From: Ignisphaera sp.
GTDB taxonomy: Archaea; Thermoproteota; Thermoprotei_A; Sulfolobales; Ignisphaeraceae
Assembly: GCA_038889075.1 (NCBI GenBank)
Contig: JAWAHS010000009.1
Span: 1 to 58,341 of the forward strand
Direction: 5' to 3'
DNA length: 58,341 bases
The notes under the pieces are model-generated. The model worked only from the letters and a program-made list of their open reading frames with translations. It was not told the origin of the DNA and ran no database searches. Below are positions 27,420-38,162 of the stretch, piece by piece (position 1 is the first letter of the stretch; the number at the start of each line of letters is the position of its first letter). The position numbers were made by a program, and so were the translations under genes.

Positions 27420-28485
27420 TATGCTTATCGATCTACTTAAAGCATATAGCCCCACAGGAGAAGAGAATAGAGCAGTAACCGTACTAAAGGAATATGCTAC
27501 AGATCTCGGATATGAAGATATATACATAGATGGAGTCGGGAATCTCATAGCCAGTTATGGAGATGGAGATATATCCATAGCCTTTATAGGTCATATAGAT
27601 ACCATCCCAGGCGAACTACCAGTAGTATTCGATGGCGAGAGGATTATTGGAAGAGGAGCAGTAGATGCAAAGGGTCCTTTAACTGCATTATTTATAGGTG
27701 TATCTCAGGCACGGGCACATATAGGTAAAAATATAAAGGTGTATTCTATAGCTGTCGTTGGTGAAGAAGGGGATAGTAAAGGTGCTAGAAACTTAATCAG
27801 TAAAGGATTTCGGGTTGGAGGTTCCATTATTGCAGAACCTAGCAATAACACAGGCATTGTAGTCGGATACAGAGGTAGCATTAAGCTAAGAATACAGTGT
27901 CGTGGTAGTGGTGGACATACATCATCACCAACTCTAGAGAGTTCGGCATGCATTTCACTATTAAAAATTTGGAACGCTATAAATGAAGAGATGCATGGAT
28001 TTAAATACGATGAAAACTCCTCAGCACTTCTCTATATTCACTGTGGAGAGCATGCCAGATACAATGTCTACCCCAAATATGGTGAGATGCTTATAGATAT
28101 TAGAATCTCGGTAAATGGATCTACAGAATCCATACTAAAATTTATCAATACTATAGTAAATGGGTCCAAATCTTGTACACATAGTATTATAGATAGTACT
28201 CCACCTATTAAGGTCTCTCCAAACAACCCCATTGTAAGGGCTTTAACAAGGGCAATATTAAAACGAAACGAAAAACCCAAAATACTCTACAAACTTGGCA
28301 CAAGTGATATGAATATACTATACCCCTATATAACACATAATATGGCAGCCTATGGACCTGGGAGATCAGAGTTGGCACATAGTGATAGAGAGGAGATAAC
28401 TGTCAGCGAACTTATTCATGGAATTGATATATATAGAGAAACGGTTACAGAATTTGTCAATATCGTGGAAAAGAAATTATACTAG
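27385..28485 (+). CDS. lysK: [LysW]-lysine/ornithine hydrolase (LysK/ArgE), M20 family
   Basis: GHIDT, GRGAVDAKGP, GEE, AEPS, GTSDMN, YGPG..AH. Confidence 0.92.
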   Translation: MEDASLNNLAIDMLIDLLKAYSPTGEENRAVTVLKEYATDLGYEDIYIDGVGNLIASYGDGDISIAFIGHIDTIPGELPVVFDGERIIGRGAVDAKGPLTALFIGVSQARAHIGKNIKVYSIAVVGEEGDSKGARNLISKGFRVGGSIIAEPSNNTGIVVGYRGSIKLRIQCRGSGGHTSSPTLESSACISLLKIWNAINEEMHGFKYDENSSALLYIHCGEHARYNVYPKYGEMLIDIRISVNGSTESILKFINTIVNGSKSCTHSIIDSTPPIKVSPNNPIVRALTRAILKRNEKPKILYKLGTSDMNILYPYITHNMAAYGPGRSELAHSDREEITVSELIHGIDIYRETVTEFVNIVEKKLY

Positions 28486-29195
28486 ACCGCACCAAGATAC
28501 AGTCTTATTAGATCTTCGTGCTTTAAAAGTTCCTTGGGCTCACCACCAAATTTTATTTCACCACTTACAAGCAAATATACTCTATCAGCAATCTCTAGAG
28601 CCCTATGAGCATACTGCTCCACTAGTAGTATTGTTAAACCAAGTTTATCCTTCAATTCAATCACTTTTTCAAGAACTCTTTTAACCATTATTGGAGCAAG
28701 GTCTGTGGTAATTTCATCGAGTAGTATAGCGCTAGGGCTTTTCATCATCGCTATCGCTATTGCCAGCATTCTTCTTTCACCACCACTTAATGTACCTGCA
28801 CGTCTGCCTAGGAATTCCCTAAGTCTTGGAAATAGTTCTAAAACCTCATTTTTTCTCCTAGTATAATCAACTCTATTTAATTCATGAGCGGCCAATCTCA
28901 AATTCTCTTCAACAGTTAAATCGGCAAATATATTGTTTGTCTGAGTGACATAGCCTATGCCTCTCCTTGCTATTTCGTGAGGCTTTAAACCAGTAATGTC
29001 ATTACCATCTAGCAGTACCCTACCGCTAAATATATCAGCTATGCCAAATATGCTATTCAATAACGTTGTCTTACCTGCTCCATTAGGACCTATGATAGCC
29101 GTTATCCTACCTTTCTCAGCTATGATGTTTATATTGAATAGAACTTTTATTTTTCCGTAACCTGAGCAGAGATTCTCTGTTTGGATGTGCGACAG
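28482..29195 (-). CDS. livF: Branched-chain amino acid ABC ATPase (LivF type), probable CTG start
   Basis: Frame is open upstream of 29060 and contains Walker A GPNGAGKT; GGTGA SD, 7 nt, then CTG at 29195; LSGGER. Confidence 0.85.
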   Translation of the reverse strand: MSHIQTENLCSGYGKIKVLFNINIIAEKGRITAIIGPNGAGKTTLLNSIFGIADIFSGRVLLDGNDITGLKPHEIARRGIGYVTQTNNIFADLTVEENLRLAAHELNRVDYTRRKNEVLELFPRLREFLGRRAGTLSGGERRMLAIAIAMMKSPSAILLDEITTDLAPIMVKRVLEKVIELKDKLGLTILLVEQYAHRALEIADRVYLLVSGEIKFGGEPKELLKHEDLIRLYLGAV

Positions 29196-29202
29196 ATTAA
29201 AC

Positions 29203-29961
29203 TCACCCTAAATATACTTCAGCGACCTTTGGATTCTTTACAACATCATTAGAGCTACCCTCAGCGATAATTCTACCCCGATCCATGACATATACATAGT
29301 CAGCGTATTTTAGTGCTATGTCAATTCTATGTTCTATTACAAGGAATGATACCCCTAGCTCCTCCTTTATCATTCTCAAATTTTCGAATATTTTATTTGC
29401 ATATGAGGGATCGGTGCCACCTATAGGTTCGTCTAACGCTAATAGCTTTGCACCAGCAGCTAAGGCTCTAGCAACCTCTAACATCTTAAGCTGTCCTGCA
29501 CCAAGTTTATAGGTTTCCCAATCCCAATACCTATCCAGACCAACAACCTTAAGTATTTTAAAAGCCTTTTCAATATTCTCATGCTCCTCCCTGAACCAGA
29601 ACCTCTTGAATAGAGATCTAATTGGCGACTCATTGCTGCTCTTCATAGCAACAAGTACGTTTTCGAGAACTGTAAGCATTTTAAATGGCTGTGGTATCTG
29701 AAACGACCTAACAAAACCGTAGCTATAAATTTTATATGGTGGAAGTCCTGTAATATCAATACCATCAAATTCTATTCTTCCATTATCGGGTTTTAGCACA
29801 CCTGTACATACATTAACAAATGTTGTTTTACCTGCACCATTAGGACCTATGAGCAAAGTCAGACTGTTCTTCGTAACTGTAAGAGAAACACTGTCTAAAG
29901 CGATGAGCCCACCGAATCTCTTTGTAACATCTTTCGTAGCAAGTACTGGTATAGGCATCAA
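29203..29961 (-). CDS. livG: Branched-chain amino acid ABC ATPase (LivG type)
   Basis: KRFGGL, GPNGAGKT, RSFQ, LDEP, IEH, VYLG. Confidence 0.88.
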   Translation of the reverse strand: MMPIPVLATKDVTKRFGGLIALDSVSLTVTKNSLTLLIGPNGAGKTTFVNVCTGVLKPDNGRIEFDGIDITGLPPYKIYSYGFVRSFQIPQPFKMLTVLENVLVAMKSSNESPIRSLFKRFWFREEHENIEKAFKILKVVGLDRYWDWETYKLGAGQLKMLEVARALAAGAKLLALDEPIGGTDPSYANKIFENLRMIKEELGVSFLVIEHRIDIALKYADYVYVMDRGRIIAEGSSNDVVKNPKVAEVYLG

Positions 29962-30117
29962 GGTGCATTCGCCTGCAATCCACTATACATACGCATATGT
30001 TTAATTACGGAAATTTAAAAAGTTTTATGCAGTAAAAAGTGAAAATAAAATATTAAAAATTATATATTGTATTATATGTATTGATTATCTACTCTGGATG
30101 TCAATAATGGTTTAGGC

Positions 30118-31434
30118 TTAGTATATTAATAATTTACCTCCTATATAGCCTCCTATATCCTTCCATAGATACTTTCCATCCTCCTTAACTATGGTTGCTA
30201 TCACATAGTCTGTTGATGCTCTGTCACCATTTTCATCTAGAACAATATAGCCGGAAACACCAATAAAGTTCTTCAGAATTGTCGGTAAGACTTCTCTAAT
30301 TGCATTACCATCATATGAACCAATATTGTTTATCGCCATTGCTATTGCCCATACAGCATCATATGTAAAGTACGCATAGGGTATTGGTTCAACACCTCCT
30401 ATTCTATCCATTAAGCGCTTTCTAAATGATTCTTTTAGTGGCGACTCTCCTGTTGCTGTCATTGTATTCCAGAATTCTATCTTTATTGTAAATTCTGCTA
30501 GTTGTGGATCTTCGGCGAGCTTACCCGTTCCATAGGTTCCATCAGATCCTTGCCATCTAACTTGCGATAGCTCTGGATAGTTTATAGCTTCCGTAAATAT
30601 GCTTGCGATCTCTTCAAAGCTTATGGCTAGCACACCAACTTTATTGCTTCCGTAGTTGGATATGTAATTTCTAACTATGCTTGCTAATCTTGAAACTTCT
30701 ACAGAGAATTCCTTTGCTTCAGGAGCATATCTAACGCCATCGTCAAAGCCGCAGCCTTCTCCGCTAACTTTACAGATATTCATGAATTCGATCTTAGTGT
30801 AGTTTAGTAGACCGTCACCCCATGTATCACCCCTCCATATTGGAACAACATACCTTATTCCCCTCTCCCACATGATGTGAGCTATTGCAACACCCTGATA
30901 CTTATCAGGCGCTGTAAATCTGAATACAAAGTCGTCTTTAAGGGCAAGTTCCATGGATGTAGAGCTCTGGGATACGATGATTACCTTACGTTCATTAGCA
31001 TAGTCTTTAATTGCCTTTACCTCACTACTCGCCATAGGTCCTATAATAGCTTTTACACCACGTCCGGTGAGAGCCATGAATTTATCTACAGCCTGTTTAA
31101 CATCAACAGCAGTATCTTCCACAAAGGGTTTCAACCTCCATGGTTTACCCATAGTAGCAAGCCATGAGTTGACATCCTCGACAGCCATCATAAATGCCTC
31201 CTGACACATTTTGCCATATGTTGCTAGAACACCTGTTAGAGGCAGTAGAGCACCAATAGGTACATCACCTGAAAGACCAGCAGCCGCAGGGGTTAGTGTT
31301 TGTGTAACTGTGTGCGTCTGGATTACTGTAACAGTGGTAGGGGTTGCTGTAACGGGGGCTGGTATCATATAGCCTATTAGTACTCCTACTATAAGGGCTA
31401 CGATTATAAGACCTACTGCTATAGAGTTTTTCAT
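30118..31434 (-). CDS. Branched-chain amino acid ABC substrate-binding protein
   Basis: N-terminal anchor and Thr-rich linker, IGALLPLTG, IIGP, FRF, YDAV, DENGDR. Confidence 0.87.
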   Translation of the reverse strand: MKNSIAVGLIIVALIVGVLIGYMIPAPVTATPTTVTVIQTHTVTQTLTPAAAGLSGDVPIGALLPLTGVLATYGKMCQEAFMMAVEDVNSWLATMGKPWRLKPFVEDTAVDVKQAVDKFMALTGRGVKAIIGPMASSEVKAIKDYANERKVIIVSQSSTSMELALKDDFVFRFTAPDKYQGVAIAHIMWERGIRYVVPIWRGDTWGDGLLNYTKIEFMNICKVSGEGCGFDDGVRYAPEAKEFSVEVSRLASIVRNYISNYGSNKVGVLAISFEEIASIFTEAINYPELSQVRWQGSDGTYGTGKLAEDPQLAEFTIKIEFWNTMTATGESPLKESFRKRLMDRIGGVEPIPYAYFTYDAVWAIAMAINNIGSYDGNAIREVLPTILKNFIGVSGYIVLDENGDRASTDYVIATIVKEDGKYLWKDIGGYIGGKLLIY

Positions 31435-31641
31435 AGACTACACCATACCCACTTTATACATCGTATACTATATAAAACTTATTGTTTGGTATAAATATTT
31501 ATTTGATGCTTTGTATAGTATTAACATATATTCTGGAGTAATGCTCTTAACAAAATATTTAAACCGGCTTCTAAGACTATACATTAATGATATCCAGGCA
31601 TGATATAATGGTATGCTATAGCGATTGGAGGGTGTTAAAAT

Positions 31642-32550
31642 ATGCTAGCAATACTATTTAGCTCCATAACTTATGCTGCAATATTGGGCATAGGATGTGC
31701 ATCTATAACGCTACTCTATGCCTCTACAAGAACATTTAATTTTGCTCATGCATCGATGGTCAGCTGGGGATTTTACATGGTATTCATACTATATAAGTTC
31801 TTTGGATATATGCCGTATACCTATATACCAATTGCAGCTCTAACTACGGCTGCATTTGGCGTAGTTGTGTATATCCTTGTAATAAGGAGATTGATAAATA
31901 TAGGAGCATCTGAAATAACCCTTATGATGGTTACTCTAGGTGTAGATCTGATATTGTTTGCAAGTCTCAATATGGTTGTGGATGTTCTCAAAAGGGGTTT
32001 CGGTATAGATGCCACTAAAATAAACATTGTACTAGCAGATCCTATTGTAACGAGGATCTGGGGAACACCTATAAAGTACATCCATATAGTGTCGGTAGTT
32101 GCAGCTTTAACTATAGTTATAGCATTGCATCTATTTCTCACTAGAACTAATCTTGGTATAGCTATGAGGGCCTCCATAGAGAATCCTACCCTAGCTTCAA
32201 TTCTCGGGATAGATATTAATATAGTGTACACGCTTGCATGGTTTATAGGGGGGTTGCTCGCAGGATTATCAGGAGGGCTGCTCGTATTGTTTATGGAGGG
32301 CACCACCACCATAGGTTTTGATATCGTTGTATTCTACTTCGCGGGATCTATAGTTGGTGGTCTCTACAGTATATATGGTGGGTTACTTGGAGGTGCTTTA
32401 GTCGGTATTAGTGAGAGGTTCTTGACGTTTCTACTATCCTATTGGATACCTGATATTATTGCATACAGATTTGCAATTCCTATGGTGATGTTAGTTACAA
32501 CTCTTCTTATATATCCAAGAGGATTAGCTGGTTTGGTGAGAAGGGCATGA
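31642..32550 (+). CDS. livH: Branched-chain amino acid ABC permease (LivH type)
   Basis: FNFAHA, TNLGIAMRA..NP, GGL.S..G. Confidence 0.87.
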   Translation: MLAILFSSITYAAILGIGCASITLLYASTRTFNFAHASMVSWGFYMVFILYKFFGYMPYTYIPIAALTTAAFGVVVYILVIRRLINIGASEITLMMVTLGVDLILFASLNMVVDVLKRGFGIDATKINIVLADPIVTRIWGTPIKYIHIVSVVAALTIVIALHLFLTRTNLGIAMRASIENPTLASILGIDINIVYTLAWFIGGLLAGLSGGLLVLFMEGTTTIGFDIVVFYFAGSIVGGLYSIYGGLLGGALVGISERFLTFLLSYWIPDIIAYRFAIPMVMLVTTLLIYPRGLAGLVRRA

Positions 32551-33584
32551 GCTTAGAATACCTTGCTATAAATTTTGGAATAGGTGCGATTCTGGCATTA
32601 AGTCTGAATATTGAAGTTGGATTTACTGGTATACCGCAATTTGGTAGAGTAATGGCTGTTCTAGTCGGTGCTCTTGCAGCAGGTGGATTAATGAGTAGAA
32701 TTGCGGCAGCACTATTCGGATTTCCTTGGGGGATGGAATATGCTGAGAATAGCGCTAGATATGCTACAGCTATAAGCAGTGCTCTATCAAATAATCCACC
32801 GATAGCCATAGTGCTATTGATGGTTACGCTAATTTTGGCTACCATACTAGGTGCTATTATAGGGTACGCAGCCGCTCTCCCAGCTCTAAGGCTTCGAGAA
32901 GCGTATCTAGGCATAACGCTACTTTCATTCGGTGAAATACTAAGAAGCGTCCTCTATAACTATACACCCTTAATCGGTGGTACAAAGGGTCTTAGTATAC
33001 CAGATGTATTTAGATTTGTACAAGGCTTTAGATCGCAAACTGCCATAATCTTCATACTATTTATAACCGCGATCATGCTGATTATTGCTGAGAGAATCAA
33101 TAGGTCTCCTCTTGGAAGGGCCATGAAAGCTGTGAGAGATTCCGAAATTGCTGCCGAGGTATATGGGAAGGATATAGGTACTATAAGAGCATATGCGCTG
33201 ATGATAGGCTCAGCAATGGCTTCCGTAGCTGGGGCCCTATATACACTCTTTACACAGACGATCTATGCATATCAATTTTCACGTTACGAGTTTACATTCC
33301 TGCCATGGGCATATATAATGCTCGGTGGTGTAGGTAATAACCTCGGGGTTGTACTGGGAACGCTACTCTTCTCATCTGCTAGAATGCTGATAGTAATGTA
33401 TAAGTATGAAATATCCATGGTAATACCCATAGATCCCGTTTGGTTAGAGTATCTATTAACAGGATTAGTAGTAGTTATGGTTACAATGTTTAGACCAAGG
33501 GGTCTCTTACCTGAGAAGCCAGCATTTACACTGCCTAGAAGAGTTATTGAGGATATAAATAGGAGGGTCAGAGGTAGTGCGTAG
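32547..33584 (+). CDS. livM: Branched-chain amino acid ABC permease (LivM type)
   Basis: ALSLN..GFTG, LRLREAYL, SPLGRAMKAVRD, MLGG.GN, RPRGL. Confidence 0.87.
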   Translation: MSLEYLAINFGIGAILALSLNIEVGFTGIPQFGRVMAVLVGALAAGGLMSRIAAALFGFPWGMEYAENSARYATAISSALSNNPPIAIVLLMVTLILATILGAIIGYAAALPALRLREAYLGITLLSFGEILRSVLYNYTPLIGGTKGLSIPDVFRFVQGFRSQTAIIFILFITAIMLIIAERINRSPLGRAMKAVRDSEIAAEVYGKDIGTIRAYALMIGSAMASVAGALYTLFTQTIYAYQFSRYEFTFLPWAYIMLGGVGNNLGVVLGTLLFSSARMLIVMYKYEISMVIPIDPVWLEYLLTGLVVVMVTMFRPRGLLPEKPAFTLPRRVIEDINRRVRGSA

Positions 33585-34269
33585 ATCTATTTCCAATCTT
33601 TAGAGATTTCTTTGCAGCATCTATATATTTCATCAAAATATTAAATGCCTTCTGAATATCGTTTTTGGATACAATGATTATTGTATCTGTATAGCACGAC
33701 TCTATATGAATTATATTTACCGAATTTTGTGCAAGGATGTTCGAAACATATGCTATTACACCAGGTGTATACATTATATCCTCAGGGCTTACAACAACTA
33801 TGGCTGCCTGGTCTTTTTGAACATATACAATGTCACTATTGTCTATATTTTTAATAAACTCATCAGCGGTATCGTTATCTAGTACTATGGTAGCTGTTGT
33901 AATGCTTTGCATAATAGCTATGAATCTTGATCTTATCGCGAGTTTAGTGAGTAGTGGCATAGCTGTATGGAATACCTTACTTCTTATCGTTATAATTGCT
34001 ATCCCTGTTCTAACTTCAACTGATGAATTTGCTAGAATAGCTAGCACCTCCCTACTAAAGGTATATCGCTCTTCAGCAAGCCTGTAAGCATATCTTATTA
34101 ATGACATTTTTATAGATTCTACAGCTACATCACGACCAACGATCTGTGATATGATTGGCTTCAGCTTTCTTGCAAGTTTGGTAAAATTGACTATCTCTCT
34201 AGATATACACTGCTGGAGGATTGGATCACCTGAAACAACCTCATATACCGTTTGTGATATTGAGGACAT
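33568..34269 (-). CDS. ACT-domain protein with an N-terminal HTH-like region (possible amino-acid-sensing regulator)
   Basis: C-terminal TPGVIAYVSNILAQNSVNIIHIESCYTD ACT signature; IVNFTKLARKL; start ATG 34269 after GGTG. Confidence 0.75.
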   Translation of the reverse strand: MSSISQTVYEVVSGDPILQQCISREIVNFTKLARKLKPIISQIVGRDVAVESIKMSLIRYAYRLAEERYTFSREVLAILANSSVEVRTGIAIITIRSKVFHTAMPLLTKLAIRSRFIAIMQSITTATIVLDNDTADEFIKNIDNSDIVYVQKDQAAIVVVSPEDIMYTPGVIAYVSNILAQNSVNIIHIESCYTDTIIIVSKNDIQKAFNILMKYIDAAKKSLKIGNRSTHYL

Positions 34270-34376
34270 AGTTACACCTGTAACAATGATCATAGTAGCC
34301 GGTAATATATGTATCGGTAGCTGGAAAAGGGTGTTACGGAAGTATACTACTTCTATAAGTCTTGTAGGTGTACATA

Positions 34377-35567
34377 ATGAGGGTTGTGCTAGCATATTCG
34401 GGAGGCCTAGATACATCAACTATACTAGTACTTCTTAAAAGGAAGTATAATGCAGAGGTAATAACAGTAACTGTAGATGTTGGTCAAGAAGATGAACTTA
34501 AGGATGTCGAGGAAAGAGCTTATCATCTCGGAGCATCGAAGCACTATACAATAGATGCCAAAGACATTTTTGTTAAGGAATACATCTACAGTTCTATAAA
34601 GGCGAACGCTCTGTATGAGGGTAAGTATCCTCTTGGAACGGCGTTAGCAAGACCTTTAATAGCCAAGAAAGTAGCTGAAATCGCTATTAGTGAGGGAGTA
34701 GATGCTGTTGCCCATGGCTGTACAGGTAAGGGTAACGATCAGATAAGATTTGACGTTACATTAAAAGCGTATCTAAAGCCTGATGTTAAAATTCTTGCCC
34801 CTGTTAGGGAGTTGAAGCTAACAAGAAACGAAAGTATAAAAATACTATCAGAATACGGTTTTAAGGTACCTGAAAGCCATAAACGGTACAGTATCGATGA
34901 AAATCTTTGGAGTAGGAGTATAGAGGGCGGTGAATTGGATGATCCATTTAAGGAGCCACCTGAAGAGGTATTTTCATGGACGGTATCGCCAGAGAAGGCT
35001 CCTGACAACCCACTGTATCTAGATATAGAATTCGAAAAGGGTATACCAGTAAAGGTTAATGGGGAGAGACTCGATGGAGTTAAGCTTATAAAGTTCCTCA
35101 ATACAGTTATAGGATCTCATGGATTTGGAAGAATTGATTTGATAGAAAGTAGAGTTGTTGGACTAAAGAGTAGAGAAGTCTATGAAGCACCTGCGGCACT
35201 AGCATTGATAGAAGCCCATCAGGATTTGGAGAGAATGGTTTTAACACCTAAGGAGCTCCGATTCAAGAGATTTATTGATGAAATGTGGTGTGATCTTGTA
35301 TACCAAGGTCTGTGGATAGATCCGATGATGGAGCATCTCAATGCAGTTATAGATTCTATGAATAGATTTGTAAGTGGTAGTGTAAGAATTAAGGTATACA
35401 AAGGTAGTTTGCGTGTTGTTGGTAGAACCAGTCCATATTCGCTCTATTCACAAGAACTTATAGATTACAATAAGGGTTGGTATCCCTCAGATGCTGAGGC
35501 CAAAGGTTTCATAACAATTCACAGCTTCTATGCATTGTCTGCCCATAGGATAAGGGATAGAGATTGA
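34377..35567 (+). CDS. argG: Argininosuccinate synthase
   Basis: LAYSGGLDTS, HGCTGKGNDQ, YSIDENLW, KSREVYE. Confidence 0.96.
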   Translation: MRVVLAYSGGLDTSTILVLLKRKYNAEVITVTVDVGQEDELKDVEERAYHLGASKHYTIDAKDIFVKEYIYSSIKANALYEGKYPLGTALARPLIAKKVAEIAISEGVDAVAHGCTGKGNDQIRFDVTLKAYLKPDVKILAPVRELKLTRNESIKILSEYGFKVPESHKRYSIDENLWSRSIEGGELDDPFKEPPEEVFSWTVSPEKAPDNPLYLDIEFEKGIPVKVNGERLDGVKLIKFLNTVIGSHGFGRIDLIESRVVGLKSREVYEAPAALALIEAHQDLERMVLTPKELRFKRFIDEMWCDLVYQGLWIDPMMEHLNAVIDSMNRFVSGSVRIKVYKGSLRVVGRTSPYSLYSQELIDYNKGWYPSDAEAKGFITIHSFYALSAHRIRDRD

Positions 35568-36982
35568 CAATCAGGTACAGGGCATTCCTAGGAGATTCGA
35601 AGAGTTTTATTGAAGATTACATCTCGAGCCTTGATTTTGATAAAAGACTGACTAAGTATGTAGCCATGGTTATGCTTGCACATGTAAAGGTACTGGAAAA
35701 TAGTGGTCATATCCCTAAGGAATACGTGCAGAATATTGTGAAAGAATTAATAGATATTGTTAAAACTGATGGTGAAAAGATCTATAAGTGGATTGAGGAA
35801 AAGAAGGTAAAGTTTGAGGATATCTTTGAGGCTATTGAATCATATCTATACGATGTGGTGGACGGTGGTGCGGGATATATAGCTCTGGGGAGAAGTAGAA
35901 ATGATCACGTTGCAGCAGTTTTGAGACTATATGCAAGGGATGTTCTATACAATATTTTGTATAATTTAATAGAATTGAGAAAAGCCTTGCTTGAAAAAGC
36001 CTCTGAGTACAGGAGTACTATCTTTCCATTTTTTACACATCAGCAGCTAGCACAATGTGGTAGTGCTGCACTGTACTTTCTATCATATGAATACACCTTA
36101 TCGACTGTGTGGAGACACCTACTACAGCTACTTGATATACTTTCTGAGAATCCCCTAGGTTCAGGTGCAGCTGCAGGTACGGTAGTTCCTCTAGACATAG
36201 GACTGCTTTCAAAGTATCTATGTTTTAAACAAGGTGTTCTCCCTCCATATTATGCTACAGGCTCTAGGCTGTTTTTACTATCCCTGGTCTCCGGTATTGT
36301 TCTGTTCATGGGCGAATTGAGTAGGATGGCCGAGGATCTAATATCAATGAATTGTATCATTCCATATGCAATCGAGTTTCCAGTAGAACATATATCAACA
36401 AGCAGCATAATGCCGCATAAAAGAAATCTTGTAACACTAGAAATAGCTAGATCTAAGATTTCTAAGATTGTAGGACTCTACACCTCAATGCTATCAATAT
36501 ACAAATCTATACCATACGGCTATAATCTAGATCTACAGGAATTGAATAGAATATTTATGGATATTGTATCGGATACCATTAGCACTCTCAATGTATTTAT
36601 AGATATTATTAAGGGAATCAAAATAAATGAAGATAAAATTATAAAATATGTTGAAGATAAACCATGCTGGAGTAGTGATGTTGTAGAATACATAGCCATA
36701 ACAAAGGGTAAGCCCGTTAGGGAGATATACTTCCAGATTGCTAGACAGCTGAAGAGCTATAGACAGAATGGCGATACTCTATCCAAAATACTCCTAAATA
36801 TAGGTATACAGCCCAACAACGTATGGAATATTATAAAGAGTAGACCAATTGAAATGTATATAAAGAAAATGATAGAAGGAGCGTGGAGGATACTTGAAGA
36901 GGATAGAAAACTGGTTAAAGATGGTTTAGAGAGTATAGAGAGTTGTAGGGCAGAGCTTATAAGCGAGCCTCGCCAAGTATAG
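35564..36982 (+). CDS. argH: Argininosuccinate lyase
   Basis: GRSRND, FTHQQ.AQ, PLGSGA, TSSIMPHKRN, GYNLDLQE. Confidence 0.9.
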   Translation: MTIRYRAFLGDSKSFIEDYISSLDFDKRLTKYVAMVMLAHVKVLENSGHIPKEYVQNIVKELIDIVKTDGEKIYKWIEEKKVKFEDIFEAIESYLYDVVDGGAGYIALGRSRNDHVAAVLRLYARDVLYNILYNLIELRKALLEKASEYRSTIFPFFTHQQLAQCGSAALYFLSYEYTLSTVWRHLLQLLDILSENPLGSGAAAGTVVPLDIGLLSKYLCFKQGVLPPYYATGSRLFLLSLVSGIVLFMGELSRMAEDLISMNCIIPYAIEFPVEHISTSSIMPHKRNLVTLEIARSKISKIVGLYTSMLSIYKSIPYGYNLDLQELNRIFMDIVSDTISTLNVFIDIIKGIKINEDKIIKYVEDKPCWSSDVVEYIAITKGKPVREIYFQIARQLKSYRQNGDTLSKILLNIGIQPNNVWNIIKSRPIEMYIKKMIEGAWRILEEDRKLVKDGLESIESCRAELISEPRQV

Positions 36983-36992
36983 GTGAGGGTCA

Positions 36993-38162
36993 TTGACATA
37001 CATAGTATTGCCGAAGCTATCCTGTAAGACTGGATTGCGAGCAAGGCTACTACTTAAAGATGGTACAGCTATAGAAGGTTGCGGATTCGGGGTATCTGAT
37101 ATTAGGATAGGGGAGGTGGTATTCTCAACAGGAATGACCGGCTATACAGAGGCATTAACAGATCCAAGCTTTGCGGGTCAGATACTTATATGGACACACC
37201 CAATGGTTGGATGCTATGGTGTTCCAAAGAAAGAACATGAGTACTGTGGAATACCGCTAAATTATGAATCTGATAGAATTCAAGTGGAGGGTTTTATAGT
37301 ATCTGAGTTACCGCCACCCAACCACTATCTCTCGATCGGAGATTTGGATACTTGGTTAAAGAGGCAAGGAGTTCCAGGAATGTTTAGAGTAGATACCAGG
37401 TATCTAGTTAAGAAGATAAGGGAATACGGGGTTATGATGGGTGTGCTGGCAGTATTTAATGAGAATGAGGAAATTCCATGGCATGAGCTTGAAAGGAAGC
37501 TTGAAAGGAGTGAAAGCTACGATAATCTCAACTTTTCATATTTAGTTTCACCAAAGAGTGTAATCATACACGAACCTATGGGTAGCGTGGTAGCAACGGT
37601 ATCTGTATTAGATTGCGGTATTAAGTATGGTATAGTGAGGTGGTTGTTGAGGCAGGGGTTTAGAGTTATTAGGCATCCATGTTGGGCTGATTCAAAGACG
37701 CTAATAGATAGTGGTGATGGAATTCTACTGAGTAACGGGCCTGGTAATCCGGCAGTACTTGTGGAGCAGATAAAGACTGTGAGAGAAGTTGTAGAGTCAG
37801 GCAAGCCGGTCTTGGGAATCTGCCTAGGTATGCAGCTAATCTCTTTAGCATTAGGTTCTAATGTATATAAGCTAAGGTATGGCCATAGAGGACCGAATAA
37901 GGGGGTTGTGGATGTGCTTACAAAGAGGAGCTATATAACTACACAGAATCACGGATATGCCGTAAATGAAGAAAGTTTAGAGGATACGGGTTTAATTGCA
38001 TGGTTTAAGAACATTGATGATGGAAGTCTAGAGGGTGTAATACACAGGGAGCTCCCAGTAATGGCAGTACAGTTTCATCCGGAAGGCGGTCCAGGACCTC
38101 ACGATACCACATGGATATTCGATAGATTTAAAATGGTGGTGAAAAACGGTGGAAACCGTTAG
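36993..38162 (+). CDS. carA: Carbamoyl-phosphate synthase small subunit
   Basis: GEVVFSTGMTGY, SNGPGNP, GICLG, QNHGY, QFHPE. Confidence 0.96.
   Translation: MTYIVLPKLSCKTGLRARLLLKDGTAIEGCGFGVSDIRIGEVVFSTGMTGYTEALTDPSFAGQILIWTHPMVGCYGVPKKEHEYCGIPLNYESDRIQVEGFIVSELPPPNHYLSIGDLDTWLKRQGVPGMFRVDTRYLVKKIREYGVMMGVLAVFNENEEIPWHELERKLERSESYDNLNFSYLVSPKSVIIHEPMGSVVATVSVLDCGIKYGIVRWLLRQGFRVIRHPCWADSKTLIDSGDGILLSNGPGNPAVLVEQIKTVREVVESGKPVLGICLGMQLISLALGSNVYKLRYGHRGPNKGVVDVLTKRSYITTQNHGYAVNEESLEDTGLIAWFKNIDDGSLEGVIHRELPVMAVQFHPEGGPGPHDTTWIFDRFKMVVKNGGNR

Noticed and set aside
34270-34419. N-terminal extension of the ACT protein in the ORF track
   Set aside because: It overlaps argG head-to-head; the SD supports ATG 34269
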